A stretch of DNA of 64,000 nt from Eledone cirrhosa (taxonomy: Eukaryota). The position numbers and the translations under genes were made by a program. The notes beneath the pieces were generated by a model. That model ran no database searches. It worked only from the letters and a program-made list of their open reading frames with translations, and was not told the DNA's origin. The stretch spans positions 81,840,001 to 81,904,000 of the forward strand of contig OZ024743.1 in NCBI GenBank assembly GCA_964016885.1, given 5' to 3'. Of the stretch, positions 47,023 to 59,989 are shown in pieces; the first letter of the stretch is position 1, and every line of letters begins with the position of its first letter.

Positions 47023-47412
47023 AGAATAAGGAAATACGAAGTAGTTTCAGATGTTAAAGTCGTTTAATGATAATGCTGTGATACATATTTCAATGACGAC
47101 AGTGGCCACACGATTCCGTGTACCCAGTGCCGTGACATCATCAGACAGCTTCTTATATAATAAGGTTACGTTCCCAAGGCAATCCAAATTGAATCGAACG
47201 GGCGAAGGATTCAAGAACACGCGCCTTTGTCCGTTCCATTGACGTTTCTGTTTGGATTGCCTTGGGAACGTAACCTTATTATATAGCTGTCTGATGATAT
47301 CACGGCACTGGGTACACGGAATTGTGTGGCCACTGTCGTCATTAAAATATGTATCACAGCTTTATCATTAAAGGACTTTAACATCTGAAACTACTCCGCA
47401 TTTTCTTATTCT
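47023..47412. repeat. ~165-bp inverted repeat with 62-bp spacer, hammerhead in each arm
   Basis: Arms 47023-47188 and 47251-47412. Confidence 0.9.
47075..47150 (-). ncRNA. Type I hammerhead with long stem II
   Basis: Minus: GCTGT CTGATGA tgtca CGGCA..ACACG gaat CGTGT..TGTCG tcatt GAAA TATGTA TC ACAGC. The plus copy 47285-47361 has GAAA>AAAA. Confidence 0.7.
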
Positions 47413-47482
47413 AAATATACTCCGTCATTCCTATGTGGAAAAAGTACGTTGAGTGCTTGAATTACATCAATGTTTACCGCAA

Positions 47483-47539
<57 letters not shown>

Positions 47540-47654
47540 ACACTACTGTGATTAGTTTTACCCATTGGATTAATCTTTGAACTGTTAATTACCTATTTTT
47601 TGTTAATTATAAAATCATATTTATCTGTAAATGTTTTTCCCGTCTATACTATTG

Positions 47655-48450
47655 TATTATCTTCTTTGCCCACTTATTCTTCAGAGGGTCATGGGGCTGA
47701 GTCCTCAAACACTCCTGTCAGAAGCAACCAACTCCAATCTGAGATTGATGTTATCCAATCAACTTGCATGGGGTGTATCCCTGGGTCCCCTGCCAGTTGG
47801 CTTTGCCCGTAAAATCTGTCCTGCGATTCTTTCCTGAGACCATATACCCATAGTATCAGAGCTGTGATCTCTTAATTAGGATAAGTAGTGGCTCTACCTG
47901 GGGTGACTCTCTCACCGCCAAGCTACGCACTTTATCGAGTAACTTTACTCCAAGCACCCTTCAGAGGAACCCCACTTCAGCCACTTGTATTCGTGATCGT
48001 CTTTTTTTTTCGGTCATGACTCAAGATTCGTGACCATAGGTAAGGGTTGGCACGAAACCTGAATTGAAATAAGCGTGTTTGGCTTTTTACACCAACCTCC
48101 CTTCTTCTGAAGACTGAAGGTGGCGCATTGTTGCACCAATTCCTCCAATTCTTGCACTTAATTCAGCCTCCTGCCTTACATCACTCGTGAAATCAGTCCC
48201 AAGATACTTGAACAGTGGAAATATATTCACATGTAAAGTGCACTGCGCAGGCTTCCTTGAGGGCACGAGAGTCTCAGCTTTCGCAGCACTGATTCTCATT
48301 CGTTCCATGTAGCACTCGCCATCAAACCTATCGAGTGCATGTCTGAGACCACCTTCTGTCGAGTTAAGTAACACCATGTTGTCTGCAAATTCCAACCGAC
48401 TGATTTTGCACCCGCCAGTCATGATAGCACCTCCAACCCAACTGCGCATA
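47655..48450 (-). mobile_element. Decayed RTE-like LINE fragment
   Basis: ISRLEFADNMVLL (FADD), MRISAAKAETLV, FKYLG. Confidence 0.78.
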
Positions 48451-48586
48451 TCAATCTTTTTTTTTTTTTAATTACATTAACATGAGATTAAAATTCCAAA
48501 TTTTCCAACGCTTTCTGAATTACCCGGTTGTACGCACAGAACTACTCACACAAACACACACACATATACACACGCATACATACATA

Positions 48587-48774
<188 letters not shown>

Positions 48775-48790
48775 ACCAACATATATATAC

Positions 48791-48885
<95 letters not shown>

Positions 48886-48889
<4 letters not shown>

Positions 48890-49470
48890 TTAAGCAAAGA
48901 ATCGCTGCTTTCACCCTTAACGGGATCTTCTGAAACTAACAAAGTCAATATGTGAACTCAGAAGTAAATATTTCAAAAAACATTGCAACCGAAGGAAGAC
49001 AGGAAGAAGATACTTTGGTTCGTGGAAACGTTCCCTGGCAAAGAACGGGAAAAAAACGAACATAATACGTCATTATTTGGTGTGGCAAAGACAAAACCAC
49101 GTTTATGGTATAAAAGAATTCGTAGACTGATATTCTATTAGGTGGTTCATGGAGACGTTCTCTGGCAATGAACGTAAAAAACAAACATAATACGTCATAT
49201 GTGGAGCAATCAGGACAATTGCACGCAAAGACAAAATCATGTAAATGGTATAATTGAAGTCGTAGACTAAAATTCTATTTAGGAAACCGAACTCGGCTTC
49301 AGAGTTAAGAATAAAGTAAATAAAATACAGAGGTAATTGAAATTAAATATATATATACACGCATCCATATACGTACATACACAAGCATACGCGAAAACAC
49401 ACATGCACGTATTTGCATACCCATGGTGGGTGTTTTCGCGTATGCTTGTGTATGTAAGTATATGGATGAG
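48886..49470 (-). mobile_element. Solo Penelope pseudo-LTR with 5' inversion; variant hammerhead at 48887-48937
   Basis: 48886-49400 is the reverse complement of ~52890-53433; 49408-49470 is a short forward copy. Confidence 0.82.
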
Positions 49471-49530
49471 TGCTCTACCACTACGGATATTACCTTCCAA
49501 TGTTCTACCACTATATATATTAATATATTA

Positions 49531-49626
<96 letters not shown>

Positions 49627-49655
49627 TATATATATATAATATATATATATAATAT

Positions 49656-49702
<47 letters not shown>

Positions 49703-49835
49703 GAAAACACAGGTAAGCATTAAGAGAAGGATTTTATCCAGGTATTTACGACCGTACTAACCGTACGTTGAAACCATCCATGAAACTGGGTTTCTTAACC
49801 ACGAACTGGATCACAAAAAGCAATTTTCTGCTTCC

Positions 49836-49969
<134 letters not shown>

Positions 49970-49978
49970 GTATATATA

Positions 49979-50149
49979 CAGTGTGGCGCAAAAGTCCCGC
50001 GCCATCTAATAAACGATTACAAGAGACATTTTTTTAAATTTACTTTTCTTTTGTTAACTAAACTAAAAATACTCATCATTTTAAGACAAATAATCAAGAT
50101 ATTATGGCCAAGTGTTATTTTACATGTGTGTCATTTTAGAGCCACCCTC
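49979..50149. mobile_element. Tc1/mariner-type MITE
   Basis: TA-cagtgtggcgcaaaag ... ttttagagccaccctc-TA, degenerate TIRs. Confidence 0.5.
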
Positions 50150-50157
50150 TATGTTTA

Positions 50158-50422
<265 letters not shown>

Positions 50423-50703
50423 AAGGTTCAGTAAGTCCGAAGAAAACTGGTGACAGCAGTACCAAAGTCAACACTCGATACACAGTAGAGTGTTGATAAT
50501 AAGAACAAAGTGGAGTTAATAAGAGATTTATTGTTCAATCCTGGTTACAGATGTTACACTATTCTAAGGATCAGGCAGATTTGGAATCTTGCCTGATCGT
50601 TAACACGGATCATATATTTATATATTTATATATATATATATATATATATATAGTGAAAGAAAGAATAATAACATGATCGGCTATACCAAAAGGGTTTTAT
50701 TCA

Positions 50704-50818
50704 CAGTATTAACAATTGTTTCATTGATCAGGCGAGTCTAAAGGCCGCTAATCACTCGAAGTTGCGTCACTCGACCTTAAATACAGTGTGTGTCTCTGAT
50801 CAAATCATCGGAATACTG
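50704..50818 (-). ncRNA. Type I hammerhead (U4C variant) with ~70-nt stem II domain; left arm of palindrome 50704-50930
   Basis: Minus: CAGTATT CCGATGA tTTGATCA..TGATCAAt GAAAC AATT GTT AATACTG; 7-bp stem I; palindromic ACAATTGT. Confidence 0.75.
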
Positions 50819-51214
50819 TATTCCGATGATTTGATCAAAGACACACACTGTATTTAAGGTCGAGTTACTCAACTTCGAGTGATTAGCGGCCTTTAGACTC
50901 GCCTGATCAATCAAATAATTATTATTACCGTATGTATATATGTAAAAGATCGAAAATGCAACTGGATTCTTTTTAAGAATATTTATTTGTTTCCTTTACC
51001 GGTTTCACAGTTCTTATGCTTTTCAAAAGTAGAATTGAGAAGGAGGGTTTGTGGTTTTTCTCGCATATATATATATATATATATAAAGGATCGATCGACT
51101 TTCGTCAAATCGGACCGAGGAAACAACGTTGGTCTTTCCAATTTCTACTACTATCTACCGGTTGCAACTCCAGGTAGAGGGAGCAACGTGATTTGTTTTA
51201 TATATATTTTTTAC

Positions 51215-51410
51215 CTGACTAGAACAGTTTCATTGGTACAGCAATTGGACCAGCAATTATCCCAGTGCAGTACTGGTACTTTAGTTTATCGACCCCGTAA
51301 GGATGAAAGGTAAAGTTAATCTCGGCGGGATTTTAACTCAGAGAGTAAAGGGCCGTAACTCTATGCTGTAAAACATGGCGTCCGACTCTCAACCGAAACT
51401 GCCAATACAC
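51215..51410 (-). mobile_element. tRNA-derived SINE
   Basis: Reverse-complement homologue of 12582-12770. Confidence 0.8.
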
Positions 51411-51720
51411 TATAATGGATCTGAAATGGTTCAGTATTACAATTTACTATTGTAATCGTCAGCTGTTTCACGGTTGTTTCATCATTCTGTCTCTATATTC
51501 CTCAACTCACCAGAAGTCAATGATTTGTACTCATTGTTATGGGAAACATTTCTACAGAGATCGATATAGAGCGACATCCTGGTGATCCCCAGTGGGCAGC
51601 CATGGTGTAGAGATGGCTCTGTCCTACTTCCTACCACTTTCACTCTTCTCATCTTGTTAGCTCAGATTTTGACATGCATATATGTACATAAATATATATA
51701 CATACATATATAAATGTACA

Positions 51721-51754
<34 letters not shown>

Positions 51755-51758
<4 letters not shown>

Positions 51759-52364
51759 TAATATCATTTCCCCACCAGCACATAAATATAGTAAAATTTT
51801 TAATAGAAATACCATTAAAATGTCTTACTCTACGACTCCTAACCTTGCACATAACATCACAGCTTCAAATTTAGCTAAATTACCTAGCCGTAGGAACACG
51901 TGCATCCCTGTAGCTTGTACTAACTGTAATTGTAAGAATCGGGTTGACTGCCCCTATCCGGGAAATGCCTCTCTAGTAACATTGTCTACAAATGTAAGGT
52001 TGAAACACCCACGTCCCGTAGGGCCTACATAGGGTTAACCGCCAATAGATTCAAGCAGCGTCTTTACATGCATACCCATTCTTTTCTTAACCCTTTAAGA
52101 AGGAATATGACGTCACTTTCAGCTCATATCGGGAGTCTAAAACTTAACCACACCCAATATAAGTTACACTGGGAGATCCTAGCTAGGGCTAGATCGTATA
52201 ACGGAAATAAAAGACCATGTGACCTCTGCGCCGCTGAGGCCCTGGAAATACTCTACGCCAAAGACCACATCTTAAACAAAAAATCTGAGGCAATTTCGGC
52301 TTGTAAACATAAATTGCACAAAACTTTCCTGTATTACAGCCCCACATTATACCCTAACGGATAG
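51755..52364 (+). pseudogene. Penelope linker plus GIY-YIG endonuclease, one frameshift near 51962
   Basis: ORFs 51682-52032 and 52068-52364 joined through the shifted frame. Confidence 0.85.
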
Positions 52365-53365
52365 TACGAACTATACGCGGATATTTTACATCTTGATGTG
52401 GTAGCTAAGTATATGTTATGTTAATACCATTACTTATTCGTATATGTATGTATATATTACCTGTATGTTTTGTGAAGGTACGTATACTTTCTCGTACGTA
52501 TATTTGATTGTATATGTTATTGGCGCATATATTATACATACTGGTACATGTGCATTTGGTTATGTGCATACGTGAGTTTTGCGTCTGTGTGAGTGTGTGG
52601 GTACGTCCGCGAACATATGTGTATTTACATGTGGGTGTGTGTGTGTGCGCGCGTTATATACGTATGTATGTGTGTATATTTATATACGTTTATTTAATTA
52701 TGTATACACGCGCACACACACACACACATGTATGTATATATATATATATGTTTTTATATATATATTTTTATGTGTATTTGGTGTATACGTTTGTATGTGT
52801 GCGGGTTCAGGCGTTGCGTGGGTTCTGTATGTGTGAGCGTGTTTTTTTTGGGTTTTTTTGTGTACGTGCTTGTATTTGCATACCCATGGCGAGTGTTTTC
52901 GCGTATGCTTGTGTTTGCACGTATATGGATGCGTGTATGTATATATTTAATTTCAATTACCTCGGTATGTTATTTACTTTATTCTTAACTCTGAAGCCGA
53001 GAATCATACGGTTTCCTAAATAGAATGTTATTCTACGACTTCGGTTATACCATTTACGTGGTTTTGTCTTTGCGTGTAATTGTTCTCGTTGCTCCACATA
53101 ATGACGTATTATGTTTGTTTTTTTCCGTTCATTGCCAGAGAACGTCTCCATGAACCACCTAATAGATTATTAGTCTACGACTTCATTTATACCATAAACG
53201 TGGTTTTGTCTTTGCGTGTAATTGTTTTCACCGCACCAAATAATGACGTATTAACTTCGTTTTTTTTCCGTTCTTTTCCAGCGAACGTTTCCACGAACAA
53301 ATGTATCGTCTTCCTGCCTTCCTTCGGTTGCAACGTTTTTTTTTAAATATTTACTTCTGCGTTGA

Positions 53366-53439
53366 CAGATTGACTTTTTTAGTTTCAGAAGATCCCGTTA
53401 AGGGTGAAAGCAGCGATTCTTTGCTTAAACTTTAATCTG
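53366..53439 (+). ncRNA. Type I hammerhead with CAGAAGA (U4A) core at the Penelope 3' end
   Basis: AGTTT CAGAAGA tCCC gttaa GGGt GAAA GCAG cgattct TTGC TT AAACT; distal stem I CAGATTGA/TTAATCTG. Confidence 0.68.
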
Positions 53440-53447
53440 TTATTTTA

Positions 53448-53613
<166 letters not shown>

Positions 53614-53754
53614 GCACACATATATATATATGTACGTATGGGTTTACCGAACATTTATTATAATGTTCGGCTTGTTTGTAAACAAACATCCCGAATTATG
53701 CCGTACAGTGCTCAGCAACCATCGTCGCCCTTTTGTTCAACACTGTCACAGGAA

Positions 53755-53795
53755 CGATGTACTAGTTTCAAGCGTATTAGCTATCGTCAGCATCG
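53755..53795 (-). ncRNA. Minimal type I hammerhead (canonical core)
   Basis: Minus: CGATG CTGACGA tAGC taatac GCTt GAAAC TA GTA CATCG. Confidence 0.82.
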
Positions 53796-54022
53796 TATAC
53801 CTTTCTGTCAGATGATTGAATGTTTGAAAGTATATACTTTCCTTTTGCATATTAACGCCTGAGCAGCCTAATTTTCATATCGAGTGAGTTAGTCGGCCGG
53901 GCAACCGAAAACGATAAATGGAAAAGAATGAAGCAACATTTCATTTCTCACTCTCAGTATGGCTCATACCTAAATATAAGTATGTATACGTACATACATA
54001 TATGGGTACAGACGTACAGTAG

Positions 54023-54060
<38 letters not shown>

Positions 54061-54202
54061 CATGCACACATATATATATGTACGTATGGGTTTACCGAAC
54101 ATTTATTATAATGTTTGGTTTGTTTGTAAACAAACAGCCCGAATTACGCCGTACAGTGCTCGGCAACCATCGTCGCCCTTTTGTTCAACACTGACACAGG
54201 AA

Positions 54203-54242
54203 CGATGTACTAGTTTCAAACTTATTAGCTACCGTCAGCATC
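54203..54242 (-). ncRNA. Minimal type I hammerhead, second copy (A9G change)
   Basis: Minus: GATG CTGACGG tAGC taataa GTTt GAAAC TA GTA CATC. Confidence 0.68.
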
Positions 54243-54635
54243 TTTCTATCTCATAATATTAATATTGTTTCTCTCTCTCTTTCTTCCATATCTTTCCCCA
54301 GCGTCATTTAAATAAACGGTTGTTTCTTCAATTATTTACACATTCATTTGCATATTCATACATAACTTTGAATATTCCCTAATATGTTTCCGACCGATAA
54401 GGTTGAATCTTCATGGGTACGTCTTTATTTATAAAACAAACTTTGTATTTTATCTGATGAAAGCGAACCAATGTTGTCTTGGTTACCCTTCAAATATATA
54501 TAATAAAATATGGTTTTATAAATATAGTTTCCATTTATTTAATATCATGGATTATTTACTCCACAAACTGTTGAGTGCTCTAAATCAGTTATAAACATTT
54601 GTTTGTCGGAATTCCAACAAATTAAATACAGCTTC

Positions 54636-54683
<48 letters not shown>

Positions 54684-54902
54684 TTTCAACGGGGATCGGC
54701 TTTTCGTTGCTGTTACTGTTCCCCCCTTTTTTTTGTTCTCTTTTACAATGTTCTATTTATTTAATGACAACTTTATATGTTTTCCCTCTTAGTTAAAGAT
54801 CTCCCGTATTCATCCAAGGCAGACAACTGGCGCCGACATTTTCCATATATATGGGTCGCCGTCCTTAGCTATTGTAATGGACCTGAAATTGGAGGAGCAA
54901 AA

Positions 54903-54947
54903 TGATGGCATCCTAATACTACTACTACTACTACTACTGATGGCACC

Positions 54948-54978
<31 letters not shown>

Positions 54979-55104
54979 TGATGGCACCCTAATACTACTG
55001 CTGCTACTACTACTACTACTGATGGCACCCTAATACTACTGCTGCTGCTACTACTACTACTACTACTGATGCCACCCTAATACTACTGCTGCTACTACTG
55101 TTGC
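54903..55104. repeat. Five-copy minisatellite tgatggcaccctaa(tac/tgc)n
   Basis: Constant 14-mer separated by lengthening trinucleotide runs. Confidence 0.85.
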
Positions 55105-55568
<464 letters not shown>

Positions 55569-55569
55569 T

Positions 55570-58500
55570 TTCTTTATTAACCACAAGGGTTTACATAAAG
55601 TAGACATTAAGGACAGTACAGGACAATACAGGACGGTTCAAATGGGCATTTCTGCGTGTAAAAAACAAAAACAGAGGATGTAACAAAAAAAATAACAATG
55701 AAAAATTCCCCAATAGGGGGAAACCTCCGAGGGTTACTCGTGGCGAAAACCACACAAAAGACCACGGCCACCCTGACCACCAGGGCAAGCGCCCTCTCTC
55801 AATTTTTCCATCTCTCAAACTACAGACATATATTCAGAGTGGTCCCGTTCACTCGGACCATTCTCGCTACATTCACCCACCTTTCAACAAACTTGCTGGA
55901 AGGCAGTACTTGCCTCTCCACCCTGATTTTCCTCTTCAAGTGAAACTTGAAAAAGTTAATTAGAGATTCGCCGAAGAGGAAAGTGTCTGTTTTTAACCCT
56001 TTCAACCTTGTCCACCACACAATCTCTTTCGCCATGGCCACCAGGCAGATGAAAACCGCCTGCCCTTCCTCCTCGGAGGAAGACGACGAGACCATCTGCA
56101 CAATGGACTCAGTCGATAACCGGATCAGTCCTACACGCGACAGCAACTGTTCGACATAGCTCCACAAGTCATCAATGCTCGGGCACTGAACGAGTGCGTT
56201 CATTACGTACAAGAGGGACAGAGGGGACAACCCTGGCGGACCGAGCACATGATGCTGAACGGCTGCAACAAGTGACAATTCATCCTCACAACTGAGCAGA
56301 TGTCGCTGTACATCGCAGCGATTCAACCCCTGAAAACGGGCCCGAAACCGGCTGCTTCGAGGACAGCCGCCAGGTACCGATGGTCGACCCTATCGAATGC
56401 TTTGGATTGATCCAAGTTGATCAGGGCCAGGTTCATTAACCACCCTCTCTATGATGTATCGCATGAAGTGGAGGTTGTCGTGTATTGGTCTGTCCGGAAT
56501 GGCGCATATCTACGCCTCTCCCACCAGACCCTTGACAACAAGCGCCCACCTCGTTGCTAAGACCTTGGCTCAAATCATGAACTCTGCGTTTAGCAGGGTT
56601 ATGGGCCTGAAATTATCGATAACATCCCCCTTGTTCGGGTCTTTTCTCAGCAGCGCCACCGATCCCCGGCTCACAAAACTGGGAATGCTCCCGTTCTGCT
56701 GCCAGTTGCAGTAGACGTCTGCCAAGAAGTCACCGAACAAGTCTGGCATAAATGCATAAAGCTCGTAGGGCAGAGCATCCAAACCTGGCGATTTACCCCT
56801 CGTGCAGTTAGCCATCGCTTCCCGTATTTCACCGGCTGTTATTGGCTTTTCGTAACACTGTGCTGCGGTCGTCGAGAGCCGAGGCAGTCCGTCGAGGTAT
56901 GCACTGAAGTCCATGCCCCGATCCAGCCCGCCGCTGCTCCCGAACAGTTCAGCAAAGTGCTGCTGAAAAGCTTCACACATCTGCTCGGATTCGAGCAACA
57001 CGCACCCGTTTGGGTCATACAAAGACCGAATTGTGACTTTCTTTCCACGTCACGCCTCTGCCACCCGTGCCCATTGGACGGCTTTTGTCCCCTCGTGTTT
57101 CAGAGCACGTGTTCTAGCTCTGACAACGCAGCCTTCGTTGAAGAATTGGTCGAGTGCCAATCTCCCGTCAACGCCCGCTTAACTAATACGCTAATCCGGT
57201 CTCTGTAAGCTTTGCGTGCCGAGAAAGACGCGTTCAGCTTCCAGTAACCGGGCCCTTGTCTATGAAGTCTGTCTATATCGATCTCACAGATCACAAATTT
57301 GTGGTCTGTGTAGTCGACTATTTTAAATTGTGGACAACTTATACTAGCCTTATCTAGTTCTCTGGAGAATACCCAATCGAGATAAGATCTGGATGACCCG
57401 ATGCGGTTTGTCCATGTCCACATTGGCACATTCAGGTGATCCAGTCGATACCTGTTAGACAGTTCAAAACGTCTGAGCAGGTTGGTGAGGCTCTTGCACC
57501 CTCCTCCCCTATCTACTAGCCCCACACAATCCCAGCGTGCATCCAATATACCGTTCCAGTCGCCCACTAACACTAAAGAGCGGGACGTTCCAAGAAAGGT
57601 CTCTAGACGTCTGAAGAAATCTGGCCGTCCTGCCCCAGTTGGGGCGTAGATGGCTACTAGCCTGAACGCATTGCCTTCGATGCCGGTCACGTCCAGCACC
57701 ACCGACTTACCTTCTGGGTCTAGGAAGATGGCCCGTATGGCGAGATCCAAGCCTCTCCGAAAAAGGACGGCAACCCCTCCCCTCCCGATCCTGGACGGCT
57801 TGCAGATGCGTATACATCGTAGCCACCGAAGATCGGTGCGAAGGCTTGTGCTTCGGAGATTCTGGTCTCACTGATGGCCACCACATCTATGTTTAGTGAC
57901 CTGAGGTCGTTGAGCAGGTGACCCTGCTTCCAAGATGATCCCAGGCACGTGCATTTATACTGCCTATTCTGAGTACGGCCATGTTGGATGAGAAACGGGG
58001 CAAGTGAGAAAGGGTCACTTACCTTGATCGTGTGGTGAAGGGACAGTAGAACCTTCCCTTTGGCTGGTCATGGGTGTTTCCAAGAGGATGTCAGTGTATA
58101 ACCTCTTGGTAACCAACCCTCTGAAGTCTCCAACTGCGTTGGGGAATTTTTGCTTTAAAGGTTTGTACTGTTCTATTGAGATTTCAATGATGCTTATGTT
58201 TGTCGGGAGAGTTCTTGGTGTTGGTTGGGTGTAGAAGTTTTTTTCTGTGATGTCTGTGTGCTGCTTCATATATTGTATGAGTTCTTTTTTTGCCATGTTT
58301 ATGGCTGTGTACTTTTTGGGGGGAGGGGTGATTTTGTTGCTGTTTGGTGTGTGTGTTTTGTTTGCGTTGTTGGTGTTTTTGGTGATGCTGGTGGTGGTGT
58401 GGTTGTTGTTGGCGGTGGTGCTTGTAGTTGTAATGGTGATGGTGGTGGTGTTGCTTCAAGTTTCCTTGCTGCCTTTACCCCTCTTTGTGTGCCTTCGCTT

Positions 58501-59490
58501 TTGGAGGGTGAATCTAAGGGTTTTTTCTTTTTTCTTTTTTTGTGGCAGACCGTTTGCCACTTCACTCCCGGCTCAAACTCCATGTCGTATTCCGTGGCGT
58601 CTAATGGTGGTAGTGGAGCCCTCTCCGGCAATTTTGTTGCTGGTGCAGCTACTTCAAATGTAGCCATTGGTGTTGCCGCCACTGATGCTGCTGCTTTAGT
58701 TGTCCGTGGCCTTTGTACGGGTGCCTCGGACGTTGCCCTCCTACTCACCGTGGAAGGGGCTTCTGCGTTGTTTGCCTGCCCTGCTCTTGGTAGGAGTGCA
58801 CCAGGTATTGGAAGGAGAGGGGCCTTCTTCTTCGCTGTCTTCTGCGGGCAAAAGGCCCTGAGGTGACTCTTCGACTCACAGAGATAACATTTTGAACGTT
58901 TCCTTCTGCGCTTATAGGGAGTTGGAGTCTTTCCTCGATGTCTATGATAAAAGGGGATAGCGTCGATTCGATTCCAACAAGGACAGACGCTGCCAGCCAA
59001 GGTATGGGCACGTCCGGTGGGACCTGGGTCACTTTGACCCTCACAATTTTCTGCCTGCAGTAGGAGGGCACCAAGACTATCTCCTCACTCTTTAGGGTTT
59101 CCAAAGAATGAGACTTCGATTCTTGGAGGGTGGCGAATAGTACTTCTACTGTGGCGTACTTTCTGTCTCGGGTGATGTGAGTTTTGCGTGCCCAGACGCA
59201 CCCCAAGGCCTTTGGGATTTGAGCTTCCGTGGCTCTCTCCACCCGATGTGAGATTTTGCTTCCGGTGCGGTAAGTCACCGTCCGTAGCTGCTGGTCCTTG
59301 AAAAAATCGGGTGGAGGTTTCAGGGAGACTCTATTGGTGCTTCTTGTCACCATGGCCCTTGCGACTGCTATCTCCTCCTTTGTGACTAACACTGTCTCGA
59401 TATTTCGGGCGACACCTGCAAAATAAGTGGTCCCCTTTTCAGCAGAACCACTATTGCTGCCGCTACTGGGGGTTTTGAGCAAAAAAATTT
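55570..59490 (-). mobile_element. Tx1/L1-clade LINE, copy 4, ORF1 present, large internal ORF2 deletion
   Basis: ORF1 with CYLCESKSHLRAFC; ORF2 ATG at 57982; RT jumps from the GFGPVFRG region (~56330) to ALVQCP (~56200). Confidence 0.9.
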
Positions 59491-59989
59491 CAAATTATTT
59501 AGTCCTAGGGATCGAATTAGTGAAGTGGCCAATGTCTGTACATAAAGAGGGAGTGAGATGGGAGAGAAAGAAACGGAGAGGCGAAGTGACGAAGTGGCTC
59601 TCTACTCCTCCTCCTCCTCCATCTCCCCATTCGTCACAGCGTTTTTCGATAGAGGGGAGAAATGTGAGTGAGTTATAAAGAGAAAGAGTGAGAGTGAAAG
59701 AAACAGACAGACTAAAAGAGGGGGATAGCGGGAGAGAGAGAGAGCGACAGACGCTGTTTGATACATGACAGTGGAGGAGGGAAAGGAAAGCTATAACTAA
59801 TTAACATGTGTGCGTGTGTGTGTGTGCGTGTGCGCGTGTGTGTGTGTTCGTGCAGCGTTCCACTAAGAGTTAAATCTATTAACATGTGTGTGCGTGTACG
59901 TGCACACGTGCGTGCGTGAGTTTGCATGCGTTTGTGCGTTTGCGTACGTGAATGTGTGTGTACGTGCGTGTGGCGTTTGCCCTCATATG

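Noticed and set aside
51920-53300. Selenocysteine / SECIS as reported for some Naiad elements
   Set aside because: All visible conserved Cys codons are TGT/TGC, and the two ATGA motifs in the pLTR lack a properly spaced apical AA and GA quartet.
54903-55104. Constant 14-mer with variable spacers
   Set aside because: Spacers are only trinucleotide runs; this is a minisatellite.
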